Shown here: positions 48,668 through 58,810 of the stretch, piece by piece
How the letters are laid out: every line of letters starts with the position of its first letter
Position numbering within the stretch: the first letter of the stretch is position 1
From: Gemmatales bacterium
GTDB taxonomy: Bacteria > Planctomycetota > Planctomycetia > Gemmatales > HRBIN36
Assembly: GCA_041640595.1 (NCBI GenBank)
Contig: JBEPZY010000001.1
Coordinates: 192,001 to 256,000 of the forward strand
Length of the DNA stretch: 64,000 nt
Direction: 5' to 3'
The notes under the pieces: model-generated
Database searches by the model: none
What the model was told of the DNA's origin: nothing
What the model saw: the letters and a program-made list of their open reading frames with translations, nothing else
Position numbers and translations under genes: made by a program

Positions 48668-48968
48668 GTGTGCTTCACTCTGGAAAATTTCGGGATGTTG
48701 CGGTTAATTCGCTTGCCCAGGTGCTATCGTTGTAAATCGCGCAGGGCGAATATGCCTGCTGCTTCCGAGCAAGATGGCTCAGGCGAAGACGCCCGGTGGT
48801 TTCACCCCGGCGCCGGAGATCGTCGCGGCGACGGATGGGCGATTCTGGCGGGCCGACGATGGTTTCCACGGTCTGAGACCTGATTCGCTTTTATCCTTCG
48901 GCGAACCGTGGTCAGGTTCCACCGACCGGAAAGCCAACGTCAGTGTCTTCACTGGCGGCTCCGGGCTA

Positions 48969-50045
48969 TCAAGCGGCGAAGATTTTCTGGAAGCGCGGGT
49001 CCTGGGTCAGTTCGTTTTCGCGCGTCGGTGTGATTTTCAAGAGGCGGTCCACCACTGTGTCCGCGGTTACACCTTCCGAAGCGGCAGTGAAGTTGGTGAC
49101 CAGGCGATGACGCAGCACCGGCTTGGCCAGAGCCTGGATATCTTCGATTTGCACATGACCCCGGCCATACAGCAGAGCACGGGCTTTGCCGCCGAGAATC
49201 AGGTACTGCACAGCGCGAGGCCCAGCGCCCCAGGAGAGCCATTCCTGAACGAAATCGGGAACGCCCGGTTCGCCGACGCGCGTTTGCCGGACCAGCGCCA
49301 AAGTGTAATTGATGACGTGATCCGATACCGGCACCCGTCGCACCAGGCGTTGCAGTTCGAGAATCTGGCGGCCATCCAGTACCGGCGTAATCTCTTCCTG
49401 CAACAACGCCGTCGTCCGCCGGGCGATCTCGAATTCCTCTCGATAATTCGGATAGCGGACGAAAACCTTGAACATAAAGCGATCCTGCTGGGCTTCGGGT
49501 AGGGGATAGGTACCTTCCTGTTCAATGGGATTTTGCGTGGCCAGGACGAAGAACGGGTCGGGCAAAGGATGGCGCACCCGTCCGACGGTGACCTGCCGTT
49601 CCTGCATGGCTTCGAGCAGAGCCGCCTGGGTTTTCGGTGGTGTGCGGTTGATTTCGTCGGCCAGGATCACGTTGGCAAACAGCGGGCCGGGCAGGAATCG
49701 GAATTCCCGTTGCCCCGTCGTCCGGTTTTCTTCGATGACCTCCGTACCCGTGATGTCGGAAGGCATCAGGTCGGGAGTGAACTGGATGCGGCTAAATTCC
49801 AGGTGCAGGCATTTCGACAGCGTGCTGATCATGAGCGTCTTGGCCAGACCCGGCACGCCTTCGAGAATGCAATGACCGCGGCTGAACAGGGCAATGAGCA
49901 ATTGTTCGATCACCTGCTCCTGCCCGACAATCACCCGGGCCATTTGCCGCTTCAGCTCATCGTAGGCCTCGCGGACACGCTGCACCGCTTCCCGATCCGC
50001 CTGTTCCAGTTCCGGTTCCGCTGGAGTAATGACATGCTGGCTCAT
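48969..50045 (-). CDS. moxR: MoxR-family AAA+ ATPase
   Basis: [40 protein letters not shown] and [21 protein letters not shown] motifs. Confidence 0.93.
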   Translation of the reverse strand: MSQHVITPAEPELEQADREAVQRVREAYDELKRQMARVIVGQEQVIEQLLIALFSRGHCILEGVPGLAKTLMISTLSKCLHLEFSRIQFTPDLMPSDITGTEVIEENRTTGQREFRFLPGPLFANVILADEINRTPPKTQAALLEAMQERQVTVGRVRHPLPDPFFVLATQNPIEQEGTYPLPEAQQDRFMFKVFVRYPNYREEFEIARRTTALLQEEITPVLDGRQILELQRLVRRVPVSDHVINYTLALVRQTRVGEPGVPDFVQEWLSWGAGPRAVQYLILGGKARALLYGRGHVQIEDIQALAKPVLRHRLVTNFTAASEGVTADTVVDRLLKITPTRENELTQDPRFQKIFAA

Positions 50046-50097
50046 GATGCGTTTTCCTCTCCGCTTTAGGGGGAATCGTGGATTTTCTCGTCAGCTA

Positions 50098-51285
50098 TCA
50101 GCGCTGGAAGATGGGCAGGGCGGCTTTATCCAGTTGCAAAATGATCAGATGCAAACTGGTCGTGAAGACCGGGCCCACCCACCCTTGCGACCAGGCTCCG
50201 TTGGCAGACTGGCGACTCTTGAGATACTCGAAGACAACCTCGCGGTAGCGGCTCCATTTCAGTAGCACACGTTGCGACGGATCGCGGCGTTCGATTTCCG
50301 CCAAATCCGGCCGCAACTTCGCATGCCGATCCTCGCCCAGCACGTAAATCACCTGGGCGTAGTAAAAGTGCGTGTATTCCCAGTGTCCGAAACTATCCCG
50401 GCCGGTGCGGTCGATGGGAATATGCCGCATGCAATAGTTCAGCCACTGAATGGCCAGTTCGTTTTCGTATTCGCCAGCGCTGAACATGCAGGCAATGCCT
50501 GCCGCGGTCAAAGGGGGACGCACATTCCCGCCACCGCCCCGCAAACTGTAAGTAACGCCGGCCTCACGTTTGCGCGGGTCGGGGTCGTGGCGAACCACCT
50601 GGGTGCTCTTGCGAAGGTAATCTTTGGCCTTGTCGATCGTCTCCTTCGGCACAGGAATGCCGGCATCACGAGCAGCCCGCAGCGCTTGCAACTGCGTTAT
50701 CGTAACCGAACCCTCATCGAAATCCTGATTGTCGGCAGCAGAAACGTAGCCCCAGCCCCCCAGGCGTGTCTGTGCCCGGGCTGTAAACTCCACCGCTCGC
50801 TCCAGCACCCGCCGCAATTGCTCCCGCCGACGCGGATCGCTTTCCTCACCAAACACCTGCGACAGAAACATCAACGCATATCCATGTCCGTACATGTACC
50901 GTTGCTGCTCTTCGAGATTCTGAATGTTGGCGATCAAGCCGTTGGGCTGAACGCGGCTGAGCAACCACTCGACAGCATCCTCGATGTTTTTGCTGTAGCG
51001 ACCCTGAGTGGGGGTGCTTCCTTCGCAAAGCAGGGCCAGGCCAGCCAGCGCGGTCATGGCCACCGGATAGTTGCCGCCGTTGGCTTCCCAGTGTCCATCA
51101 CGTGCCTGGGCTTTGGCCAGCCACTGCAAACCGCGGTCAATGCAGTCCTGGTAGCGTGCCAGGAATTTCAGGGCATCGGGATCGTCAGCGGCATGGCAGG
51201 ATGAGACCTTCCCGGCCAGGGCTGGCGATGCCAGGGCGCTGACCGTTCCCGCTGCCTGCAGCAAAAATTCCCGCCGTGTCTGCAT
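50098..51285 (-). CDS. Prenyltransferase/squalene-cyclase-repeat (alpha/alpha)6 barrel protein with Tat signal, copy A
   Basis: TRREFL, QW-like repeats (QARDGHW, QTRLGGW, QSANGAW) and MYGHGYA. Confidence 0.85.
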   Translation of the reverse strand: MQTRREFLLQAAGTVSALASPALAGKVSSCHAADDPDALKFLARYQDCIDRGLQWLAKAQARDGHWEANGGNYPVAMTALAGLALLCEGSTPTQGRYSKNIEDAVEWLLSRVQPNGLIANIQNLEEQQRYMYGHGYALMFLSQVFGEESDPRRREQLRRVLERAVEFTARAQTRLGGWGYVSAADNQDFDEGSVTITQLQALRAARDAGIPVPKETIDKAKDYLRKSTQVVRHDPDPRKREAGVTYSLRGGGGNVRPPLTAAGIACMFSAGEYENELAIQWLNYCMRHIPIDRTGRDSFGHWEYTHFYYAQVIYVLGEDRHAKLRPDLAEIERRDPSQRVLLKWSRYREVVFEYLKSRQSANGAWSQGWVGPVFTTSLHLIILQLDKAALPIFQR

Positions 51286-51300
51286 CAGTTCATCTCCATC

Positions 51301-52497
51301 TTAGCGCCGAAAAATCGGGACAGCCGCTTTGTCCAGTTGCATAACGATGAGGTTCAGACTGGTGGTGAAAATCGGCCCGACGTAAATTTCCTCAGCTTCT
51401 TGCCAAGCGCCAGTTTCGGATTGCCGACTCTTGAGATACTCGAAGACGAGCTCGCGGTAGCGGCTCCATTTCAGCAGCACACGTTGCGACGGATCGCGGC
51501 GTTCGATTTCCGCCAAATCCGGCCGCAACTTCGCGTGCCGATCCTCGCCCAGCACGTAAATCACCTGGGCGTAGTAAAAGTGCGTGTATTCCTTGTGGCT
51601 CACCCTGCCCCGAGCCGCTCGGTCAATGGGAATATGCCGCATGCAGTAGTTCAGCCACTGAATAGCCAAATCGTTTTCGTATTCGCCAGCGCTGAACATG
51701 CAGGCAATGCCTGCCGCCGTCAGAGCCGGACAGGCCTCATTGACGCCAAGTCGCAAACTGAAGGCGACACCAGCCTCGCGTTTGCACGGGTCGGGATCGT
51801 CGCGAACTACCTTGGTGCTTTTGCGAAGATAATCTTTAGCTTTGTCAATCGTCTCTTCGGGCACAGGAATGCCGGCATCACGAGCAGCCCGCAGCGCTTG
51901 CAACTGCGTTACCGTGACTGAACCCACATCGAAATGGTTGCAGTCGGCAGCAGAAACGTAGCCCCAGCCCCCCAGGCGTGTCTGTGCCCGGGCCGTAAAC
52001 TCCACCGCTCGCTCCAGCACCCGCCGCAATTGCTCCCGCCGACGCGGATCGCTTTCCTTGCCAAACACCTGCGATAGAAACATCAACGCAAATCCGTGTC
52101 CGTACATGTACCGTTGCTGCTCTTCGAGATTCTGAATGTTGGCGATCAAACCGTTGGGCTGAACGCGGCTGAGCAACCACTCGACAGCATCTTCGATGTT
52201 TTTGCTATAGCGACCCTGAGTGGGGGTGCTTCCTTCGCAAAGCAGGGCCAGGCCAGCCAGCGCGGTCATCGCCACCGGATAGCTGCCGCCGTTGGCTTCC
52301 CAGTGTCCATCACGTGCCTGGGCTTTGGCCAGCCACTGCAAACCGCGGTCAATGCAGTCCTGGTAGCGTGCCAGGAATTTCAGGGCATCGGGATCGTCAG
52401 CGGCATGGCAGGATGAGACCTTCCCGGTCAGGGCTGGCGATGCCAGGGCGCTGACCGTTCCCGCTGCCTGCAGCAAAAATTCCCGCCGTGTCTGCAT
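51301..52497 (-). CDS. Prenyltransferase/squalene-cyclase-repeat protein with Tat signal, copy B (tandem paralog)
   Basis: About 89% aa identity to copy A by manual count. Same GGAGA RBS context before ATG 52497. Confidence 0.85.
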   Translation of the reverse strand: MQTRREFLLQAAGTVSALASPALTGKVSSCHAADDPDALKFLARYQDCIDRGLQWLAKAQARDGHWEANGGSYPVAMTALAGLALLCEGSTPTQGRYSKNIEDAVEWLLSRVQPNGLIANIQNLEEQQRYMYGHGFALMFLSQVFGKESDPRRREQLRRVLERAVEFTARAQTRLGGWGYVSAADCNHFDVGSVTVTQLQALRAARDAGIPVPEETIDKAKDYLRKSTKVVRDDPDPCKREAGVAFSLRLGVNEACPALTAAGIACMFSAGEYENDLAIQWLNYCMRHIPIDRAARGRVSHKEYTHFYYAQVIYVLGEDRHAKLRPDLAEIERRDPSQRVLLKWSRYRELVFEYLKSRQSETGAWQEAEEIYVGPIFTTSLNLIVMQLDKAAVPIFRR

Positions 52498-53057
52498 GAG
52501 TTCGTCTCCCCCGCAGCCTCGCCTCAATGGTAGTTTACGCGCCTGACTGAATGCCGGTCTATTGGTGCAGCCCAGGGTACATTCTCTTGACGACTGGTCG
52601 GCAAAAAACTCACAGCCTATATCCCGCACCGAATCTCCGACGGCCCGATTGTCGCCACCTGATTGGGTCATGGGAAGGGAACTGCGCGAGCCAACCTCCG
52701 TTTCGGTTTCTTCCGGTGGTATCTTTTCGCAAAGCCCCGGGTTGGTCGAACAGCAGCGCGACTGCCACCGCAAGTCGGTTTTCCAACCGTTTTTTCCCGC
52801 AACATGCCGCCGAGCTGGTTCTGCCGACACGAAAATTTGCACTTCGCTGTGCAAGCGATTTGGCACCAGGCGAAATTACGTTCTAGATTTGAACAACCTT
52901 TGGCCAATTTCCCAGCAAGTGCCGGTAGCAATTGCCGATTTCGGGTTGGGCAGCGGTCGCGCCGGTGACCGCGCCGGTAATCACACAAGCGAGGGGAGCC
53001 GTGAACACGCAACTTTCGTCCTTCACACCAGCACGCACCATGCCGTCGGTAGGTCGA

Positions 53058-53714
53058 ATGGCGACTGCCTCGAAAGCCAAAACCAGTCCGCTGGAAAACA
53101 CCGCCTGGTTCTGTCCCCAGGAGGTACGTATCGTGGTGGCGGACGATGATCCGGCCATTGGTCAGCTGATCCTGCAAACGCTGGCCCGACCAAGTTTCCG
53201 CGTGGACGTGGTTACCTCGGCCGCCGAGGCCCGCGAAAAAATCGCCGCCAACCCGTACCACCTGATTATCCTCGATTACGTTTTGCCCGGCTGGGATGCC
53301 AATCAAGCTCTGGAATTCATTCGCCAGCACCAGCCGGATGCAGCTGTGATTGTCATTACCGGCTATCCCAGTCTGGAAGGGGTTGTTTCCTGTCTGCGTG
53401 CCCGCGTCTATGACTATTTGACCAAGCCGTTCGACTTGCAGCAATTCGAAAATGTCGTGCAGCGCTGCCTGCAAAGCAAAGGATTGCTCCGAATGACGGA
53501 GGAAGCATTACTGGAACGCATCGGTGCGTTCATCCGTGAACGCCGCAAAGCGCTCGGTCTGACTCTGGCGCAGATGTCGGAACGTACCGGCGTTTCTCTG
53601 GGCTATTTGTCGCAGATCGAACTGGGCAAAAACTCTGCCTCCATTGAAACGCTTTATCGCATCTGCCTCGGATTCGGAATTCGTATGTCGGAGCTTTTTT
53701 CGGCTATTGATTGA
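53058..53714 (+). CDS. Response regulator: receiver domain plus XRE-type HTH
   Basis: VADDD, ILDYVLP, ITGY, LTKPF, then IRERRKALGLTLAQMSERTGVSLGYLSQIELGK. Start codon uncertain (53040 or 53058). Confidence 0.85.
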   Translation: MATASKAKTSPLENTAWFCPQEVRIVVADDDPAIGQLILQTLARPSFRVDVVTSAAEAREKIAANPYHLIILDYVLPGWDANQALEFIRQHQPDAAVIVITGYPSLEGVVSCLRARVYDYLTKPFDLQQFENVVQRCLQSKGLLRMTEEALLERIGAFIRERRKALGLTLAQMSERTGVSLGYLSQIELGKNSASIETLYRICLGFGIRMSELFSAID

Positions 53715-53858
53715 GTCGCGGCCAATTTGCGACGCCGTGATACCCGTGAGCCGCGCATGTATTGAGTGTAGCCTGCTCTGACGGTACTAAACCGGTAGCC
53801 TGACAAATCCAGCGCTACCAGCCAGGCCGCCTGGTTCGCCTTCAGCCAGACGGTGTCG

Positions 53859-54149
53859 TTAGCTTGGAGAAGCGGCCGGCTGGGATTTCTCCAGTTTCAC
53901 CAGCAGGGCCGATAGCTGGGCCTTTTTACGGGCGGCGTAGTTGGGGTGAACGATGCGTTTGCAGGCAGCGCGATCCAGTTTTTCGAAAGCCAGGCTGATT
54001 TCCCGGCGAAGCAGGTCGAGGTTACTGGCTTTGTAAGCAGCCAGTGCTTTTTTGATTTGTGTTTTGATCGCGTGCTTGACGCTTCGGTTACGCAGACGGC
54101 GTTTGAGGTTCTGGCGTAGTCGTTTCTTAGCATTGCGCGTATGGGGCAT
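53859..54149 (-). CDS. rpsT: 30S ribosomal protein S20
   Basis: MPHTRNAKKRLRQNLKRRLRNRS.K...KT.IKK and LDRAA.K.IVH.N.AARKK. GGAG RBS. Confidence 0.95.
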   Translation of the reverse strand: MPHTRNAKKRLRQNLKRRLRNRSVKHAIKTQIKKALAAYKASNLDLLRREISLAFEKLDRAACKRIVHPNYAARKKAQLSALLVKLEKSQPAASPS

Positions 54150-54355
54150 CGCTGGCATCTCCGTGCAGCAAAGGCGGGAGCAAGTACGCCGTGTTCGCCT
54201 GGCAGGCTCTCCGTATTCGTGCGCCAAATGAGCACAGGTAAAAGAGATGGGCCATACCCGCCACATCCGAGGCACGTTCCGGAAGGGCGGACAGCAGATT
54301 GTATTAGCCGCAGCGACAATCTTCAACGGCTGAGGGCCATGCGAGTGCGGGTAGG

Positions 54356-55291
54356 TCAGGTTACGACCTGCTGGGCGAGGGCTTCGCGAATGGCAAGCAG
54401 GTTCCGCAACAGCTCTTCAAACCGGTCCAGGGGCCACATATTGGGCCCATCGCTCAAAGCCTGATCGGGACGGGGATGCACTTCAAAGAAAACGCCATCA
54501 CAGCCGCACGCGACCGCCGCCCGTGCCAGATACGGAATCATCGGCCGTAACCCGCCACTGCGATCCCCGGCCGCCCCTGGTAACTGCACCGAGTGCGTGG
54601 CATCGAAAATTACCGGACAGCCCAATGCCTGCATCCAGGGGATCGCTCGCATGTCCACGATCAAATTGCCGTAACCGAAACTGCTGCCGCGTTCGGTCAG
54701 CAGGACACGGTGGTTACCTACTTCGTGCAGTTTGGCCACGACGTGTCGCATATCCCACGGGGCCAGGAACTGGCCTTTCTTGACGTTGACAGGCTTACCG
54801 GTGCGCCCGGCAGCGTAAATGAGGTCGGTTTGCCGGGCCAGGAAAGCGGGGATCTGTAACAGGTCGCAAACGGCCGCGGTTGGTTCTGCCTGCCACGGTT
54901 CGTGGATGTCGGTGGTGGTCGGCAAACCGGAAACGCGGCGGACTTTTGCCAGAATCTCCAGACCCCTGTGCAGTCCCGGGCCGCGGTAGGACTTGCCCGA
55001 ACTGCGATTGGCTTTGTCAAACGAGGCCTTGAAAATCAGCGGTATCCGCAAGCGATCGTGAATGTCCGCCAGCTTCTCGGCAATGTGCAGCGTAAGCTCT
55101 TCCGATTCAATCACGCACGGCCCGGCGATGACCAGAAGGGGTTCCCCAGCCCCGCACGCCACCGTTCCGGTGATGACCACGTGGCGGTGATTCGAGTTTC
55201 CGTTGGACTCCGAGGAGATGGTTTCTCCACTGGCATTTTTGCCGACTGGCAAAGGCCAGACACCTGTCAGGTTTCCATCAGGAAATTGCAT
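54356..55291 (-). CDS. kdsA: 3-deoxy-8-phosphooctulonate synthase
   Basis: [37 protein letters not shown] and SDG motifs. Start may lie slightly downstream. Confidence 0.93.
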   Translation of the reverse strand: MQFPDGNLTGVWPLPVGKNASGETISSESNGNSNHRHVVITGTVACGAGEPLLVIAGPCVIESEELTLHIAEKLADIHDRLRIPLIFKASFDKANRSSGKSYRGPGLHRGLEILAKVRRVSGLPTTTDIHEPWQAEPTAAVCDLLQIPAFLARQTDLIYAAGRTGKPVNVKKGQFLAPWDMRHVVAKLHEVGNHRVLLTERGSSFGYGNLIVDMRAIPWMQALGCPVIFDATHSVQLPGAAGDRSGGLRPMIPYLARAAVACGCDGVFFEVHPRPDQALSDGPNMWPLDRFEELLRNLLAIREALAQQVVT

Positions 55292-55746
55292 GGTGATAAC
55301 CCCGCAAAGGCTTACCCCGCCGGAAAAAGTTTTTTTGCGATGAGCGATTGTTTGCTTATCCCGTTGCGCAGGCGGTTGTATCTAGCGGCAGGCTTAGCCG
55401 CTTCGATGGCCATTCCGCTTCGATAGCCGGTTCCGTGCTCCGCTTGTATGACTGGTCCGTGTACCGCCTGTATGGCTGACTTGGTGTACGGCTCGGAAGC
55501 GAATGCCGCTCGATGAAAAGCCGTCGTTACCGATTCGGGCAAAAGCCAGAAGCAGCGGTTCGGGCGGATTGCCATCGGCATGTTTGCCAACTATCCAATC
55601 CGTGGCGGTTTTGTCAATTCGAGTCGCCGCGGGTTCGGTTTCCAGCAACCGGCTGGAATTATGTTTCGGCGTTGCTAGACTTAAAGCAGATGCTGCAAGT
55701 TCGGGATGGCTTCGGAACCGCAGGGAATCAGCCAACGGAGTTCTTT

Positions 55747-56976
55747 ATGCGAAACCAGCGATCAGAAATGCCGGGCGTTGCCGTGTGGAAATGGCTCATC
55801 GTCGGTGGCCTGACGATGATGGTGAGCGGTATCCTTTTGGGCCGGGAACCGGCATCGCCGGAAGAACTGGTACGCCAGCTGGGCGACGCCAATTTCCGGG
55901 TTCGTGAGTCGGCGGCCGAGGCATTGATTCGCCTGGGGCACAAAGCCCTGCCGGCGTTGCAAGCGGGCATGAACGATTCCGACCCGGAAATTCGCCGACG
56001 TTGCCGCGAACTTTATCCCCAAGCGATGGCCTACGACCTGGAAGTGAGAATAAAGCAATTCCTGGCCGCCGACGATGACCGGGCCGACACAGTGCTTCCG
56101 GGCTGGCGGATGTTTCGTGAGATCGCTGGGAAGGACGCTGCGGCCAAGCGGTTCTTTGCCGACATCTACCGCTACGGACACACTTTGCTCGACAAAGCCG
56201 AGCGTGCCAGCCGCAGCGACGATGTTCAGTTGAAACGACAGGTTCAGGAGGAATACGCACGGTTGTGCGATGGTCTCACGCAGCAGGCGTTCAACCAGAT
56301 TACCGGTCAGCCGGGCGTCATACTCCCCGAACAGTTCGCGGCGGCGTTATTGCTTGGTTGCTTCCCTATCAACGACGAAGCCCTGGTTCCTCAGGCTCGG
56401 CAGATTTACAACCTGTGCAATCACACGTCGGTGCGACAATTCCTGCAGGAAAAAACGGAGCAGGCAAGCGTTCTGCGACGATTGCTTGTCGGGGTGGCGT
56501 TGAAATCTACCGACATGGCATGCTTGCAACAAACCCTGCAGCTGGCGCTGAACATCAATCTTCCGGAAGCCCAGGAGATGGCCCGACGCCACGCGGAGAA
56601 CAAAGAAATGCCTGGGTATGTTCGCGGACTGGCCCTGACTGTGGTAGCGAAATACGGGGGCCAGCGAGAACTGGCGTTCCTGGAGCGCTTTCTCGCCGAT
56701 GCCAGCCTGGTCACCACTACCCGTTTCGCTCGACAGAATGAGCAGATAAACATCCGTACTGAGCTGCGCGACCTGGCGCTGGCATTGGCGATTGATTTGA
56801 CAGGGCAGCGGCTGCAGGATTATGCGTTTCCCGCCCTGCAAGTGCTGGCGGTGAATTCCCACCTGCGTCCGACGGTGCACTATATCCCGCACTATTACGG
56901 TTTCAGCACTACCGAGCAACGAGAGGCCGCTTTCAAGAAATGGCACGAGTGGCGGCAAAATCACCCTCAGCCGTAA
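55747..56976 (+). CDS. Exported HEAT-repeat protein
   Basis: Signal/TM segment, LVRQLGDANFRVRESAAEAL, DSDPEIRRR and ELRDLALALA. Confidence 0.7.
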   Translation: MRNQRSEMPGVAVWKWLIVGGLTMMVSGILLGREPASPEELVRQLGDANFRVRESAAEALIRLGHKALPALQAGMNDSDPEIRRRCRELYPQAMAYDLEVRIKQFLAADDDRADTVLPGWRMFREIAGKDAAAKRFFADIYRYGHTLLDKAERASRSDDVQLKRQVQEEYARLCDGLTQQAFNQITGQPGVILPEQFAAALLLGCFPINDEALVPQARQIYNLCNHTSVRQFLQEKTEQASVLRRLLVGVALKSTDMACLQQTLQLALNINLPEAQEMARRHAENKEMPGYVRGLALTVVAKYGGQRELAFLERFLADASLVTTTRFARQNEQINIRTELRDLALALAIDLTGQRLQDYAFPALQVLAVNSHLRPTVHYIPHYYGFSTTEQREAAFKKWHEWRQNHPQP

Positions 56977-56986
56977 ATCGGTTACC

Positions 56987-58672
56987 ATGATGAGCGACGC
57001 GGCTCGTGAGGAGCCTTCTGCGGTTTCTCCACCCAGGGATGCCCGGCGCGACTTATCGGGAAAAGTCCTGGGCGATTTTCGGTTGATCCGGAAACTCGGC
57101 GAAGGAGGCATGGGGCAGGTTTATCTGGCCGAGCAAATTTCTCTGCGTCGCCGGGTCGCCGTCAAGTTGCTCCGCAGCGATCTGGCGGGTCAGGAAGTTT
57201 CCCTCAAACGTTTCCGCGCCGAGGCCAAAATTGTTGCTCAGCTCAACCATCCCAACATTGTCCAGGTGTATGCCTTCGGCGAAAGTGAAGGCGTGCACTA
57301 CATGGCTATGGAATACGTGGATGGACGCAATCTCCGTGATTATCTGCGGCGACACGGGCCCGCACCGGTCGCTCTGGTGCTGCACATTGTTCAGCAGGTA
57401 GCGCTGGCGTTACAGCGTGCCAGCGAGCTGGGGCTGGTTCACCGCGACATCAAACCGGAAAACATTTTGCTCACCCGACGCGGCGAAGTGAAGGTAGCTG
57501 ATTTCGGCTTATCGCGCATGATCCAGGGGGAAGAAGCCCAGCGCCTCACCCAGACCGGTACCACTCTCGGCACGCCGTTGTACATGAGTCCCGAACAGGT
57601 CGAAGGTCGCCCTCTCGACTGCCGCAGCGACATCTACTCGCTGGGAGTCACCTGCTATCATTTGCTGGCCGGTCGGCCTCCGTTTGAAGGGGAGAATGCG
57701 TTTGCCGTGGCCTTGCAGCACTTGCAGCACGAGCCACCACCATTGCAATCTTTGCGGCCTGATTTGCCCGAGGATGTATGCGCCCTGGTGCATCGCATGA
57801 TGGCCAAGCGGCCCGAAGAACGTTTTTCCTCTCCAGCTGAGCTACTGCAAGCGGTGGCCGTACTGAGCCAGCGCTATACCCAATCAGGCGCGGTAACCGC
57901 TTCCCCAACGCTAAACACCAGTGCCTCGCTGAGCGGTTCGGCTGCCGGGACGGTGGTGTTGAGTTCCGCGGCCAGCACACTCACCTGGCAGATGGCCGAT
58001 ACCAAAAGCCGAAGCTGGCGGCGCAGGTTGTTATTGTTCCTGGCCGTGCCCGCCAGTCTCATCGGAGCGTTTTTTGGAGCTTGGCAAGTGAGCCGGTTGG
58101 CTTCCGAACATTCGCTCACCGTGAGCCAGCAGGAAGACTTTACCCCGGAAACTGCCGCTCTCCGCCTGGCTGGCGGAATCACCAGGCGCGAACAGGAAGA
58201 AGCCTTGCAGGTGCTGGTGCGGGCTACAGAAAGGCCGGAGAAGGACCCGGCTAAACTTCGCCAGGGGCTTCAGCATCGCCTCGATTTGCTGGTTTTGCTT
58301 TTACACAGCTACGGCGAGGAACGCTCCGCTCTGGATCGCGCGGAGAAATGGTGCCGCGAGTGGATCAAAAGCCCGGTCGAGGCTTACGCGCTGGTCGGAG
58401 AAATCGGGCTGGCTATAGTGCTGGCGTTTCAGGATAAACCAGCGGAATCCAACGAGCGATTCCTGGCCGCTCTGAAACGCTGCCCCGGTTTGCAGCGACC
58501 CGCCTATGGCTTGACACCGGTGCTGCAACCGGAATGGTATCGGCTGGTGGTACGGGCTCTGGAACATAATCGGGTCAATTGCGCTGCTTTCGGCCTGGCG
58601 TTTCCGAACGAACTGGCTCGTTTGCGGCAGGAATTGCCTGCCCGCCCACGCCCCCTCAAGCCCGGTTCGTAA
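56987..58672 (+). CDS. Membrane-spanning Hanks-type Ser/Thr protein kinase
   Basis: LGEGGMG.VY, VAVK, HRDIKPEN, DFG, GTPLYMSPEQ and DIYSLG motifs, with a TM helix after the kinase domain. Confidence 0.95.
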   Translation: MMSDAAREEPSAVSPPRDARRDLSGKVLGDFRLIRKLGEGGMGQVYLAEQISLRRRVAVKLLRSDLAGQEVSLKRFRAEAKIVAQLNHPNIVQVYAFGESEGVHYMAMEYVDGRNLRDYLRRHGPAPVALVLHIVQQVALALQRASELGLVHRDIKPENILLTRRGEVKVADFGLSRMIQGEEAQRLTQTGTTLGTPLYMSPEQVEGRPLDCRSDIYSLGVTCYHLLAGRPPFEGENAFAVALQHLQHEPPPLQSLRPDLPEDVCALVHRMMAKRPEERFSSPAELLQAVAVLSQRYTQSGAVTASPTLNTSASLSGSAAGTVVLSSAASTLTWQMADTKSRSWRRRLLLFLAVPASLIGAFFGAWQVSRLASEHSLTVSQQEDFTPETAALRLAGGITRREQEEALQVLVRATERPEKDPAKLRQGLQHRLDLLVLLLHSYGEERSALDRAEKWCREWIKSPVEAYALVGEIGLAIVLAFQDKPAESNERFLAALKRCPGLQRPAYGLTPVLQPEWYRLVVRALEHNRVNCAAFGLAFPNELARLRQELPARPRPLKPGS

Positions 58673-58810
58673 TGCACTGCTTCGTTTGCGGGACATCCGG
58701 TTCCGTTCGTGAATCCTCAGGTGGGGCCGCGGAGTAAAATGAATGTAACGAACCAGATTGGGCATAATTCGGCCCCTGGATGTCCGGAAGGGCTGACACG
58801 GATACCGGTC

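Noticed and set aside
50098..52497. Diversity-generating retroelement (template/variable repeat pair)
   Set aside because: Differences are not adenine-specific (e.g. cag/aac, gat/cat), both copies are full genes with RBS, and no reverse transcriptase is present.
50098..52497. Squalene-hopene or sterol cyclase call
   Set aside because: Single ~395-aa barrel with a Tat signal and no DxDD or DCTAE motif.
53715..53858. Possible tRNA or other structured RNA between the regulator and rpsT
   Set aside because: No cloverleaf, T-loop GTTC or acceptor stem could be built. No tRNA-Sec or sel genes were seen anywhere in the window.
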